Positions 9,433-19,975 of a stretch of DNA of 64,000 nucleotides are shown here, one piece after another. The DNA is from Methanotrichaceae archaeon (GTDB taxonomy: Archaea > Halobacteriota > Methanosarcinia > Methanotrichales > Methanotrichaceae), in assembly GCA_963754945.1 (NCBI GenBank), contig CAVWIG010000021.1:32001-96000 (forward strand). The letters are read 5' to 3'. The translations under genes were made by a program, and so were the position numbers. The notes under the pieces are model-generated. The model was not told the DNA's origin, made no database searches, and saw nothing but the letters and a program-made list of their open reading frames with translations. Position 1 is the stretch's first letter, and every line of letters starts with the position of its first letter.

Positions 9433-10032
9433 ATGAGTGGTAGAACGGATCAGTTGCGAGATCTTGTTCTGAAGATTGGGGCCAGCACCAAGGTTGTAGA
9501 GAAACAGGCAACTCAGCACGGCAATCTCAGGGGCAGTACTGAGATCGAGCGCGCTCTCTTGGGTGTTGTCAAAGAGATGATAAAGACCTACAATATTCAG
9601 ACCAAGCTAACACCTGAACAGCTTTCCACGGTCATCCGGCTATTTTACAAGGGGCTGAGCGATACAGAGATCGCTGAGCGTCTGGGAGATCGATCGCTCA
9701 ACAAAACCGTAAGCAGGGCCAGGATTAAGCTCCATCTTTTCCGGGAATCCGATTTAAAGGCTCCTTTTGATAAGGCCGAGTTCCTCAAGCTCTCCGAGAC
9801 GGGAAAATCCGTCAAGGAGATGGCTGAGGTTCTGGGCGTTGCTCCCTCGACTATCAGCGAGTACAGGAACATATTCGAGAGCCAGCAGGTTGCGGAACGG
9901 GACAAGTTCACAAAGCGCTTTGAGGAGATACTCTCAGACCAGGATGTCTCTGAGCGGATGGTGACATCTCATATCTCCAAAGATGGCCTGCAAGACACCA
10001 TAGATACGGATTACGAGGCTGCTGAAGCCTGA
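9433..10032 (+). CDS. Conserved euryarchaeal protein with two HTH-like segments
   Basis: GLSDTEIAERLG and GKSVKEMAEVLGVAPSTISEY segments; TATA-like TTTATA upstream; resembles the haloarchaeal 'conditioned medium-induced protein 4' family (from recall). Confidence 0.65.
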   Translation: MSGRTDQLRDLVLKIGASTKVVEKQATQHGNLRGSTEIERALLGVVKEMIKTYNIQTKLTPEQLSTVIRLFYKGLSDTEIAERLGDRSLNKTVSRARIKLHLFRESDLKAPFDKAEFLKLSETGKSVKEMAEVLGVAPSTISEYRNIFESQQVAERDKFTKRFEEILSDQDVSERMVTSHISKDGLQDTIDTDYEAAEA

Positions 10033-10058
10033 TGCTTCAGCGGCCCAATCGTGTATTA

Positions 10059-10964
10059 TTAAGCTATCCCTAATACGAGGATAGCTATCATGATTAGCAT
10101 CCATTCTCCCTCCACAAAGAAGTCTAAGGCAAGTGGATTTCTCCTCTTCCTGAAGTACAAGATACAGACATATCCGTATAATGTCAGCGCCAACGCAAGT
10201 GGCCAGGCAGCTTTACCAATAACTGCTACCAAAGGGAGAAGGGTGCTATTAGCTGCAAAAAGGACAAATACTGTTCGTTGTTCCCCCATTAAGGCTGCCA
10301 TTGTCTTTACGCCGTTCTCTCGGTCACCTTTTATATCTCTTACATCGTATAGGACATTATCTACTAATGTTTTTATCAAAACGAAGTAGAACACCAATGC
10401 AACTGTCTTTGTGGCTGGATTGGCAAGATGCATGGCAGGCATTAATACCGTTACTGAAGCCCAAGTTAGGGCTACTACGATATTCTTCACAATGGGTATA
10501 TCTTTGAGTCTAGGAATACCTTTATACAATTTTCTTCCATAAAATGCGTTAGCAATAAAAGGAAGAAAGACCAAGGGAAGAGTCAATGGCTTATTTAGAA
10601 GCGATATCATGAAGGCCAACAGATAAGCTGCGAAAGAACATGCTAGAACAAGCCTCTTTCTTCCGTGGAGGAAGCTTCGTCTTTGGGGCATGTTGGTTAT
10701 ATCCTTATCTATATCGGCAATCTTGTCCAGACTATAAACACAGAAGGTGATCAGAAATACCACAATACAGACCAGGATACTGGGATTCATTCCCAGAAGA
10801 ATAAATGCGACGTATGTCTTGAAGAAGCCATGGGCACCAATAAAAAGCGAACTTACAGAAAGAAATGAAAAGAGTTTCTCTACCGCAACGTAGACTTGCT
10901 TTCCAATTACTGTAAATGTTTCTTCAGACAGATCTCTCTTATTGATATTTTTATATACGCTCAT
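10059..10964 (-). CDS. UbiA-family prenyltransferase
   Basis: Multiple TM segments; YSLDKIADIDKD and YDVRDIKGD Asp-rich motifs; RLKDIP. Confidence 0.85.
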   Translation of the reverse strand: MSVYKNINKRDLSEETFTVIGKQVYVAVEKLFSFLSVSSLFIGAHGFFKTYVAFILLGMNPSILVCIVVFLITFCVYSLDKIADIDKDITNMPQRRSFLHGRKRLVLACSFAAYLLAFMISLLNKPLTLPLVFLPFIANAFYGRKLYKGIPRLKDIPIVKNIVVALTWASVTVLMPAMHLANPATKTVALVFYFVLIKTLVDNVLYDVRDIKGDRENGVKTMAALMGEQRTVFVLFAANSTLLPLVAVIGKAAWPLALALTLYGYVCILYFRKRRNPLALDFFVEGEWMLIMIAILVLGIA

Positions 10965-11076
10965 AATATACTATCCCCTTTTCCTAGATTTGAATTTTTC
11001 TGTCATGAGACCACAATATTGTACAATGTTAGCTAAATTGTTTAAACGTAACAATTAAAATTTATTTTAAAATGAA

Positions 11077-11867
11077 TACCCCGCAGCTTGCTGCGGTTGG
11101 GATGGTCAGGAAACCGACTTAAGGAAGATTGCATATCGTGCATATTGATGATTGAGGTAAGAAATGCAAGCCATTGTACTTATAAAATTCGATATCACAT
11201 GGTTTTCAGCTTAAAATATAGAAAAAAGCTGCTTCTAGATAATGATCGTATCAATTATATCAAATCTATTTGTCTGAAATCGGTGAAAGATACTGGTTCG
11301 ATTTTGATGCCATAGGAACCGATGGAGACCATGTTCATATTTTTGTTGGAGCTGCGCCGAGATATTCGCCTTCAAGAGTGATGCAAATAGTAAAAAGCAT
11401 AACAGCGAGAGCGTTTTTTAAGAAATTCCCCGAAGTAAGGAAACAGCTTTGGGGCGGCGAATTTTGGAGTGACGGAGGATACATGGGAACGGTAGGGGAT
11501 GGCGTGATGGCGGACACAATACGCAATTATGTTGAATCACAGGGAAGCCCTGAAGAAAAGGAAGGGCATAAACAAATGAAGTTGTTGGATTTCAGCTGAT
11601 TACAAACGACACTAACACGCCCCACTGCTTGCATCGGGGATAAAGGGCATGCATATTAAACTTAGGTTTGGATCAGCCTAACCTGGTTCCACTTTCATGC
11701 GGCGGCGCCTTGGATGCCCCGCAGCTTGCTGCGCGGGTGCGCCGCCGCCGTTTCACTTCGTTATTGACATCACGGCTAATGTAGATAACATATTATTTAT
11801 ATAAATGTGCAATTAATTTTGTCGCAATACCCCAATGCTTGCATCGGGTGCACTGCCGTCGTTTGAC
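11077..11867 (+). mobile_element. IS200/IS605-family element (tnpA only) with subterminal hairpins
   Basis: CCGCAGC-TT-GCTGCGG hairpin left of tnpA and related hairpins at ~11620, ~11719 and ~11830; boundaries approximate. Confidence 0.75.
11148..11599 (+). pseudogene. tnpA: IS200-type Y1 HUH transposase, frameshifted near 11270
   Basis: YKIRYHMVFSLKYRKK in one frame; DHVH (HUH), VKSITAR, LWGGEFWSDGGY and IRNYV in the next. Confidence 0.88.
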
Positions 11868-12011
11868 TAGGACCCCTCTCAAAAATAAAATAATATTTTA
11901 ATCGATTTCGATCTAATCAAAGAAATTTTTAAAAATCATAAGTAATGGAACGGCCCAACATTCCCCTTAAGTAAGAAACCTCGGGTATATTACAGAAGTA
12001 GCGGATCTTAC

Positions 12012-12821
12012 TTAAGTTATCTCTACTAAATCTGACATCTCGCGATAGTATTCGAATAGTTCCATTCCCCAAATTCTAGCTTTCTCTCCAAAACAGTTGA
12101 GGTCTGATCCGACGTCATAATTTCCATCAATCCTGAATAATCCCAGTGAAAGGTAGTTATCCGTCACAGTGAAAGCTATCCTGACATCCCGATCTATTGA
12201 ATAAAGTTGGAAATTCTTGTTTTCTATTAATGGCTTGAGGAATTCTAGATAATCTCTCTTGACGATTTCCAGAATAGGCTTAGTCAGCACGAGGTTTACA
12301 GTTGCCCCGTTCTCCACAGCTTTGGTGATGACTATTGGATATTCAGGTATTATGATAGGTGAAACCCCTACTATGACCTTTGACTTGATCACCTCATTGG
12401 CCCAATATTCTTGAGTCTTGAGAATAGCGGCCAGGTCGCCTTTAAGAATTTCTGACTGGCTTAACATACCCATTTTGGCCAGAAGTTCTAAAGGTATTCC
12501 GCTTATGTCGTGGGTTAGCCAAAAATCCTTGTGTTGATCTAAGAGGACAATAGTGCTCACAAGTTCATCCACAAGCAACGCCTGAATCTTACCAATGTTA
12601 GTCAATGAATATCCATGACGAGTCTTCTGAGCGAGGTCTTCATCGATAAGCTCCCTCATCGCATGGAGGATTGTTGATGCCCTGATGCACATGTCTTTTT
12701 CGAGTTCTCTGGCCGTCATTTCCCCTTTAGCCAGACGCAACATAATTTTCGTTCGTACTGCCGATCTCGTGAAAGCCTTTAGTCGATTTTCGGCTAGATC
12801 ATAGAAATCCTGGGCTGGCAT
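12012..12821 (-). CDS. Winged-HTH/DUF1724 transcriptional regulator (FilR1-like)
   Basis: N-terminal wHTH (SAVRTKIML...YSLTNIG), FWLTHDISGIP, WGMELFEYY. Confidence 0.8.
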   Translation of the reverse strand: MPAQDFYDLAENRLKAFTRSAVRTKIMLRLAKGEMTARELEKDMCIRASTILHAMRELIDEDLAQKTRHGYSLTNIGKIQALLVDELVSTIVLLDQHKDFWLTHDISGIPLELLAKMGMLSQSEILKGDLAAILKTQEYWANEVIKSKVIVGVSPIIIPEYPIVITKAVENGATVNLVLTKPILEIVKRDYLEFLKPLIENKNFQLYSIDRDVRIAFTVTDNYLSLGLFRIDGNYDVGSDLNCFGEKARIWGMELFEYYREMSDLVEIT

Positions 12822-12832
12822 GATTTCCTCCT

Positions 12833-13244
12833 CTATTTTCTGACCGCTTCAAAGGGTCCAGATAAAGCGTTCATGTCGCTATCTTGTACGTAAATAGGTT
12901 CCTTTAAGAGTATTTGGATCGATAACGTGGCTTTCTGCAAATGTTATAATTACCTGAGGATCTTTACTTCCATTCCTCACTGATAGATAATTTGCTTTAA
13001 CCTCATCACTATTTACAGTCCCAAAAATTATACCCGAATATTTGTCTCCAGAGGATGGCTGTACTGAGAAAGAGCCCAGTAGGTTCTCGCCCACCTGCTG
13101 GATATTCGCGGTCATAACCTCCTTTGCTCCCATGAAATCGTATTGGGACTCCCAGGTTCCCGTTAAATCTGCACAGTTAGCCTGAACTAAGTAGCCTGAC
13201 TGGATCAAGATGCAAAAGATTAGCGCTGACCTTGGTATCAGCAT
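12833..13244 (-). CDS. Secreted hypothetical protein; apparent +1 frameshift near 12893 (true end probably ...YVQDSDMNALSGPFEAVRK)
   Basis: Signal peptide, DLTGTWES beta-rich domain; continuation in the adjacent frame to TAG at 12833. Confidence 0.55.
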
Positions 13245-14088
13245 TTATATCCTCCAAATATTGTGCTCGATTCGGTTATTAAGCATCATAGTACATCTCT
13301 TCTCTATTAATAGTTAATCTCTTCAAATTTTACGAAGATTTGAGTCGCGAACTTTATTATTTGGTGATTATTACTATTTCTACAAAATATAGTTTACTAA
13401 CAAATCAATAGGTGGGCATCTCGAGGTAGCCGTAGACATGGCCATAATCCTCAGAATCGCCATCATTGACGTTCTTCTCTTTTTCAATGTAGGACCAGAG
13501 TGTTTAGGTTGAAAAATGGGGTCCCTCGACTCTCACTGAAACAATGTCCGCAGGGTGTTACAGCGAAGAAGCGTCATTATTCTTGTCATTTCCTTTCTTA
13601 GAACGATGTTCCCAGCTCCTCCTTTTCGTAATTCGGACAACCTCTGTGCCAGCACCAAATGCTGACAAATCAAGATTGAAATTGCATAACCCTCAAAGAG
13701 GAAAGAATTAAACTCAGGATATATAAATATTATCGGTAGCTACTACACTACCTTGACTATTGGGCTTTTTTGAAATCCCAATTGCAGTTTAGCCTCGCGA
13801 ACTTCATGACTGCTATATACAATTTGTTATCTAAATATAAATCTAATAATTTTCAGAGTTCTTTCCTTTTACGCGTCTTGATTTTGTACTCAAAACCTTT
13901 CTATTTATGTGACATAAAAGACTTTTTGGCTATCGTTTAAGATAGCTTTTTAGTATCTCAAATCCGTTAAGTTTATATGATGTTTTGGATCTAATCAAAA
14001 TTGCTGAATTAGGGCAAAATGTACTCAATTAAGCAAACGAATGGATAGATATGTTGGATGAGAAATTTGGCGTTCAAGAGGGAAATTT

Positions 14089-14177
14089 ATGAAAAGAAGC
14101 GGGATGTAATCATAACACAGATATTGGGGATCTGCTCCAAAGGAGCTAACAAGACGAGGATCGTATATCAAGCAAAT
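14089..14177 (+). pseudogene. Small winged-HTH regulator truncated by IS5
   Basis: MKRS/RDVIITQILGICSKGANKTRIVYQAN ends exactly at the IS terminal repeat; same family as 54982..55218. Confidence 0.7.
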
Positions 14178-14285
14178 GAGGGTTTCGATTTAGTGTTGGT
14201 TAATGAAGCCTTAAATTCTTGCGTTAATATTTTCAATCTTTATAGTGGTTTTTTAGCATATTTCACCCCTAAATTGGCTTATTAG

Positions 14286-14405
14286 ATGCTGTGTTGCGTA
14301 ACTCAAGGCCATGATGCTGGCAGATGTCGATTTTGCTCATTTTACCTATCATTACTGATATGCCACGATGCATATCGGTTTTAGCAGAGTTATTCAACAC
14401 AGCAT
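14286..14405. mobile_element. ~120-bp MITE inserted in the non-coding end of IS5 copy 1
   Basis: TIRs ATGCTGTGTTGCGTAACTC / GAGTTATTCAACACAGCAT; flanking direct repeat (T)ATTAG(A); empty site in IS5 copy 2 at ~56510. Confidence 0.88.
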
Positions 14406-14463
14406 ATTAGATTTCAATTTACCTTGTTGTTTCTAATTTTTGCGCTTTTTTAGAGAGCTTCCG

Positions 14464-15525
14464 CTAGGCTGTTTGTTTATGCACTAAATATTTCAACTGT
14501 TCCAGGTTGTAAACGACCGAATTCATCATGAATTTTACTCCAGCTCTTGCGACAGTTGTTACATAAACATGTGCTCCCTTATGCCCCCGCTTCATAACAG
14601 CGAAGCATCTTTCGATGTGCGATCGCGTTTTACTGATTCTCTTATTCCTCAGAAGATCTATGATTCCAAGCTTGTGACCTCTTGTAGCTTTTTTCATGGC
14701 TGCATCATATCCTCGAGTTTTTGCACCATCATATCCCTTATCGGCGTAACGTGGTAGCCCTTCAATTCCAAGATCTACCTGACTATCGTGTACAGAAGCA
14801 GTTGTAGTCTCAAAATATCTGATAAGGTGGTAATTGGTATCGATTGAGATATGACCTTTATATCCGAAAAAGGATTTGACACCCTTTTTTGCCCAACTTC
14901 CCTCATTTATTGGCTCTTCTTCGAGTCTCTGTGGTTTGGCCTTGTCATCAATAATATTATTTGAAATACCAATTAGCTCTTTATCAAACTCCTGATTCAG
15001 GCTCGTACTGGTGGCTTCGGAATCTTGACCTTCCTTTTTGTCCCCGCCTTGCTCGTCTTTCTTGTTCCTCTTCCGACCTGGGTCCGAAGTTATGAAGGTT
15101 GCATCCTGGATAGTGCCATTCTTTACAGTAAACCCCATCTCATCGAGCTGCCTTTGAAGCTCATTCCAAAGATCATCGTATACGTCGCACTTAATCAAAC
15201 GTTCACGGAATAGCCAAACTGTGCTGAAATCAGGAATTACTTCAGTGGTGCCAAGGAAAATACGAAAAGAGATCCTATCCGCAACCTGTCGCTCCAGTTC
15301 TGGATCTGTTAGACCAAACCAATGCTGAATTACGAGAGCTTTCACCATAATCACGATGTCAATGTTCGGACGACCTCCGCGGCTAGTTTTATTTTTGTAT
15401 ATCAATGGTTCCAAAAATCTGAAACGCTCCCAATTGATCAACGATCCGATCTCGGATAGATCATCTCCGAGGGCTTTTACTCGAGCATATTCTGCTCGAA
15501 TGGCAAAATCAATGAGAGTCCTCAT
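14464..15525 (-). CDS. IS5-family DDE transposase
   Basis: GGRP, PDFSTVWLFRERL, QDATFI, FGYKGH, SVHDS, YADKGYD, RSHIERCF. Confidence 0.93.
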   Translation of the reverse strand: MRTLIDFAIRAEYARVKALGDDLSEIGSLINWERFRFLEPLIYKNKTSRGGRPNIDIVIMVKALVIQHWFGLTDPELERQVADRISFRIFLGTTEVIPDFSTVWLFRERLIKCDVYDDLWNELQRQLDEMGFTVKNGTIQDATFITSDPGRKRNKKDEQGGDKKEGQDSEATSTSLNQEFDKELIGISNNIIDDKAKPQRLEEEPINEGSWAKKGVKSFFGYKGHISIDTNYHLIRYFETTTASVHDSQVDLGIEGLPRYADKGYDGAKTRGYDAAMKKATRGHKLGIIDLLRNKRISKTRSHIERCFAVMKRGHKGAHVYVTTVARAGVKFMMNSVVYNLEQLKYLVHKQTA

Positions 15526-15692
15526 GCATTATATTATAGTATTAATAGTATATAAGTATTTCGATTGATTAGTTTTTCGAAACTCTCATATATTTAGCCC
15601 TAACTCTATCCAAACCAACAATAGCGAAATACGTAAGAGAATTTAATAACCTACTCCCCCCATAAGATGTAACGCTAATTAACACCCCTCAT

Positions 15693-16697
15693 TTATGACT
15701 TCATACAGACAAAGATATGCCTTGTAAGGCTCCTGTGAACACGATCTGTATGAATTTCTCTCACAGCGAAATTTGCTCTGGTTATGTGCTCCTCTATATG
15801 CCTCTCAGCAACAACCACTATTCGTCTCCCTGGCTTCAAAACCCTGTGGAGTTCGGCTAGTCCTTTGTCCAGGAGTTCCTCCTTGGACTCTGCCCTTATG
15901 AGGGCTGATCTGCCGTAGGGTGTGTCAAGGACAGCATTATCAACTGAGCAGTCCCTGAAAGGCAAACGTCTGGCATCGCCTGCTATCATAGTGCAATCCA
16001 GCCCTTCCAGGTTAACCCTGGCTCCTCGAACCAGCTTCTTTTGAACATCTACTCCTACGCACTTTATGCCGACTAGACAGGCCTCGACTAGTATCCCACC
16101 GGTGCCCGAGAAGGGATCTAATAGCAGATCGCTCTCCTTTGCCTGGGAGATGTTGACCAACGCCCTAGCCATCCTCGGCATCAACACGCCTGGGTAGAAG
16201 AACGCCTTGAGGTGAGGCCGCCGGTCTTCAAATTCACACCGTTTTGCCCGAGTCACCTCAATGCCCAGGACGACTTTGTTGCCTGTTATAACGGCTCGCA
16301 ACTCAACTTCTGGTTTGGTGAGATCTGCTTTGTATCCCCTCTTGTAAAGAGCTCGACCGACCACTCTCTCCACTTGATCGGTTTGTAAAGGCGCATTTTT
16401 GACATTCCTGGCCCTGACGCTATAGGCCTTATCGGGAATCACAATGCTCTCTGCCGCATTAGCCAGTGAATCCAGGCTGGCATCGCAGATTGCCAAGACC
16501 TCTATTATCCTATGGGTCATGGCAAGCCGCAAGCCCAGGGTCTGAGCATCCAGATCTTCTGCTTCCACTACCAGGCACTGGTCCAGGAGACACAGTTCTC
16601 TGGAGCCACTGGAGTAGATCTCGAGAAGAGCTAGAGCTTCGCTTCGGGGTAGGGTATCGTGCTCCCCGGAGAGCTCGAAGGCGTAGGTGCGAGCCAT
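15693..16697 (-). CDS. THUMP-domain tRNA (guanine-N2) methyltransferase (TrmG10/Trm11-like)
   Basis: FELSGEH, RRPHLKAFFYPGVLMPRMARALVN, LDPFSGTGG, DTPYGR, RVHRSLTR. Confidence 0.85.
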   Translation of the reverse strand: MARTYAFELSGEHDTLPRSEALALLEIYSSGSRELCLLDQCLVVEAEDLDAQTLGLRLAMTHRIIEVLAICDASLDSLANAAESIVIPDKAYSVRARNVKNAPLQTDQVERVVGRALYKRGYKADLTKPEVELRAVITGNKVVLGIEVTRAKRCEFEDRRPHLKAFFYPGVLMPRMARALVNISQAKESDLLLDPFSGTGGILVEACLVGIKCVGVDVQKKLVRGARVNLEGLDCTMIAGDARRLPFRDCSVDNAVLDTPYGRSALIRAESKEELLDKGLAELHRVLKPGRRIVVVAERHIEEHITRANFAVREIHTDRVHRSLTRHIFVCMKS

Positions 16698-16711
16698 GTC
16701 CAGGCTTGATA

Positions 16712-17797
16712 TCAATCCAGGTAGCTGTTCACATCTCTGTAGTTGAAGCCCTCGGAACCCAGGACGTTCTCCATGAAGTTGAAGAGCGTTCTTCTGACAT
16801 CATCGGCGAGCAGGGGATACCAGGTGGGGCTGGCCACAACCATGGCCCTGAAGGCGAAGAACGGGGCTATGACCTCTAAGAGAGCGTCGTCTCCTGTTTT
16901 CTCCAGGTACCTATCAAAGAATAGCTCGAATAGATCTTTCAAGTCGCCGGAGAGACGGAAGCTCTTCTGGACAGAGTAGAAGATGTAGTTCATGGCCATG
17001 GCAGTTATATCGTCTGCCGCCTCGCCCCACTCGCCTCTAGACCTGTCCAGGACTGTGAAATCGGTACCCTCGCGGAACATGATGTTCCAGGGGTGAAAGT
17101 CGCCATGAACCTGACAGAGCCGATCAGTCCTACTCCTAAGCTTCCAGCGCCACTCCACGCAGAGCTTCTCTACATCGCATAGCTCGCCAGGATCGAGAAA
17201 GGCAGGGTTTTCAGGGTAGTCGTCCAGGATCCCGAAGATGCACTCGCCATCCCCGACGATCTCCCGGATCTTGCGCAGATAGAGGGGCGCACAGTCCCTC
17301 TTGACTGAGTGGATATCTGCCAGGTAATCGGCGAGGGCAGTGACCCTTTGGTAGTCCAGATCTGTCGCACCCTTCTCTTTGACCCTCTCCAGGTCGAAGA
17401 AGTACTCCTTTCCCTCAACTTTCTCCATCATGAGGAAGTACTCTTTGGCCTCCCCCGAGGAGACCAGCCGCCCATCCTCAGTAAAGTAGCCGACGTCCAG
17501 AGACGGCACGTGCTTAGGCAGCTTGCCAAAGGTCGCGTTCTGCCAGATCAAAATCCTGGCACGATCTGAGAAGTGGTCGTGGCCGAAGCCGTGCTGGACC
17601 CGCATAGTGGAGAGCACCGCAGAGCCGTTTTTTCCTCCGGAGACGTACTCCACAAGCAGAGGGGCACCGTACCCGAAGCCTTTGACGTCCTCAGTTGTTG
17701 GTATTGTCTCGCCCATTCTGCGCAGGCTTTGCAGCTCGAGGTCCTGGTCTATAAGGTCGCGCAGATAGGCCTCAATGTTCTCCCGTTTGAGATCCAT
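16712..17797 (-). CDS. Aminoglycoside-phosphotransferase (kinase-like) family protein
   Basis: VHGDFHPWNI catalytic loop; VLDRSRG. Confidence 0.8.
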   Translation of the reverse strand: MDLKRENIEAYLRDLIDQDLELQSLRRMGETIPTTEDVKGFGYGAPLLVEYVSGGKNGSAVLSTMRVQHGFGHDHFSDRARILIWQNATFGKLPKHVPSLDVGYFTEDGRLVSSGEAKEYFLMMEKVEGKEYFFDLERVKEKGATDLDYQRVTALADYLADIHSVKRDCAPLYLRKIREIVGDGECIFGILDDYPENPAFLDPGELCDVEKLCVEWRWKLRSRTDRLCQVHGDFHPWNIMFREGTDFTVLDRSRGEWGEAADDITAMAMNYIFYSVQKSFRLSGDLKDLFELFFDRYLEKTGDDALLEVIAPFFAFRAMVVASPTWYPLLADDVRRTLFNFMENVLGSEGFNYRDVNSYLD

Positions 17798-17814
17798 TTT
17801 TTCACCTCAGCGGT

Positions 17815-19071
17815 TCAGGTTCCCGTCTGCCAGCTGTGCAGATACTTGTCCTGCTCTGGCGTCAACTTCTCGGTCTTCAGGCCCATGGAGGCCAGTTTGA
17901 GCTCAGCCACTCTTCGGTCGATCTCCACAGGAACTGCGTATACTTTTTTCTCCAGGCTTCGCCCGTGCTCCACGATGTAGCGCACGGCCAACGCCTGATT
18001 GGCGAAGGACATATCCATGACCTCTGGAGGGTGGCCGTAGGCTGCAGCCAGATTGATAAGTCGGCCCTCTGCCAGGAGGTACAGCCTCCTTCCGTCTTTG
18101 AGCCTGTACTCGGCCACGTTGTTCTGAATATCGGTCTTCGCAACCGCCATCTTCTCAAGGGCTGGGATATCGATCTCAACGTTGAAGTGGCCGCTGTTGG
18201 CGAGGATTGCCTGGTCCTTCATCAGCTCGAAGTGTTCCTTCCGGATGACGTTAATGTCGCCCGTTAGGGTCACGAAGAGGTCTCCCAGCGGAGCAGCCTC
18301 AAGCATGGGCATGACTCGGTAGCCGTCCATGGCCGCTTCCAGGGCTTTGCGCGGCTCGATCTCCACTACTATGACGTTTGCCCCAAGCCCCTTGGCCCTC
18401 ATGGCAAAGCCGCGGCCACACCAGCCGTAGCCGCCAACGACGACGTTCTTTCCGGCGAAGAGGAAGTTGGTCGCGTTCATTATGCCGTGCAGTGTGCTCT
18501 GGCCTGTGCCGTACCTGTTGTCGAACATCATCTTTGTCTCGGCGTCGTTTACGGCTATGACGGGATAGAGCAGGGCGTTGTCAGCAGCCATGGCCCGAAG
18601 TCTCACGACTCCCGTAGTCGTCTCCTCGCAGCCGCCGAACATCTGCGCAGCAAGCTCAGGATGCTCCTTGTGGACTATAGCTATGGTGTCCGCTCCGTCA
18701 TCCAGGGTGACGTTGGGCTTGATTTCCAGGGCTTTCTTGATGCAGTCGTAGTACTCCTTATCGTTCTCTCCCCGGAAGGCATAGACATGCAGCCCGCGGG
18801 CTGCCAGGGCAGCAGCCACTTCATCCTGGGTGGAGAGGGGGTTTGAGCCGGTGACGGCGATCTCCGCCCCGCCTGCCACGAGGGTTGTGATCAGGTTTGC
18901 TGTCTCGACTGTGACGTGCAGGCAGGCCACAATCCTTGCGCCTTTCAGCGGCTTTTCCTTTTCGAACTCTGCTTTGATGCTCTCCAGGACGGGCATGTGA
19001 CGCCTGGCCCACTCGATCCTCTTCTCGCCGGCTTCCGCCAACGCTGGATCTTTGACGACGCTCTTTTGCAT
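17815..19071 (-). CDS. ahcY: Adenosylhomocysteinase
   Basis: [53 protein letters not shown]. Confidence 0.97.
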   Translation of the reverse strand: MQKSVVKDPALAEAGEKRIEWARRHMPVLESIKAEFEKEKPLKGARIVACLHVTVETANLITTLVAGGAEIAVTGSNPLSTQDEVAAALAARGLHVYAFRGENDKEYYDCIKKALEIKPNVTLDDGADTIAIVHKEHPELAAQMFGGCEETTTGVVRLRAMAADNALLYPVIAVNDAETKMMFDNRYGTGQSTLHGIMNATNFLFAGKNVVVGGYGWCGRGFAMRAKGLGANVIVVEIEPRKALEAAMDGYRVMPMLEAAPLGDLFVTLTGDINVIRKEHFELMKDQAILANSGHFNVEIDIPALEKMAVAKTDIQNNVAEYRLKDGRRLYLLAEGRLINLAAAYGHPPEVMDMSFANQALAVRYIVEHGRSLEKKVYAVPVEIDRRVAELKLASMGLKTEKLTPEQDKYLHSWQTGT

Positions 19072-19177
19072 TAAATCACCTTGAAATTTATTGATGGGGT
19101 TCTTGGCATACCAGACCATTTTTAGCTACTTAACCCAACCGGTCAGCATATTATGTCCTACGTGTTAAGTCCCAGAC

Positions 19178-19915
19178 ATGAGCATAAAGGTCACGCTTCT
19201 CGGCACGGGCGTCGGCATTCCCCAGCCGGGTCGATCCCAGTCTGCAATCCTCGTCGAGACAGAAAGGCCGCTACTCCTGGACTGCGGAGCAGGAACGCTC
19301 CTGAGGCTGGATCAGGCGGGCATAGACATCGAGAACCTGGACGTCGTCCTGCTGACCCACCTTCACCTCGACCACGTCTCAGATCTGCTTGCTCTGGCCA
19401 ATGCCCGCTACCTACGGCGGCTTCCTGGATTGGAGGTCTACGGGCCAGTCGGGACGGCGGCATGGCTTGAAACTCTGCACCGCGCCTTTCCCTACCTGGA
19501 GAAGATGGAGGTGATGGCGCATGAAGTGCGGCCCATGGATGACTTCTCCGTACAGGGATTCGATATCTTTGCTGAGGAGGCAAAGCACAGCGTCACCGCT
19601 CTTGCCTACAGGATCGAGGCTGAGGAGAAAGTCCTGGTCTATTCGGGCGACACCGAACCCTCGCAGCGCGTGGCTACATTGGCGGATGGGGCGGATCTGC
19701 TGATCCACGAGTGCTCTTTCCCTGAGCCATTCGATGTGACGAACCACACGACGCCCAAAAAGCTGGGCAGGATGCTTAAAAACGTCGGGCGCGTGGTGCT
19801 CACTCATTTCTATCCCCAGGCGGAAGGATGCGAAGAGGATATGGCGCTGGAGGTGAGCGAGCTGTCCGGAGCGCCAGTGTTGGCTGGATGGGATATGATG
19901 ACGATGATTCTTTAA
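19178..19915 (+). CDS. MBL-fold metallo-hydrolase (RNase Z-like)
   Basis: LLGTG, LDCGAG, THLHLDH, YSGDT, HECSF, LTHFYP. Confidence 0.88.
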   Translation: MSIKVTLLGTGVGIPQPGRSQSAILVETERPLLLDCGAGTLLRLDQAGIDIENLDVVLLTHLHLDHVSDLLALANARYLRRLPGLEVYGPVGTAAWLETLHRAFPYLEKMEVMAHEVRPMDDFSVQGFDIFAEEAKHSVTALAYRIEAEEKVLVYSGDTEPSQRVATLADGADLLIHECSFPEPFDVTNHTTPKKLGRMLKNVGRVVLTHFYPQAEGCEEDMALEVSELSGAPVLAGWDMMTMIL

Positions 19916-19975
19916 GCCCCAAGAGCTCTGTATCTTCGATGAAAATTACACGCTCAAGACTTCTGAAGGGCACCA

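Larger units (their letters stand above)
14178..15587 (-). mobile_element. IS5-family element, copy 1 (contains nested MITE)
   Basis: Ends GAGGGTTTCGA / TCGAAACTCTC; transposase identical to copy 2. Confidence 0.9.

Noticed and set aside
11600-11870. CRISPR array or tnpB
   Set aside because: The repeats are non-identical and irregularly spaced, with no cas genes and no RuvC/Zn-finger ORF.
13400-13730. Possible small gene or RNA on the minus strand
   Set aside because: Only short broken ORF fragments and no convincing structure; probably a gene remnant.
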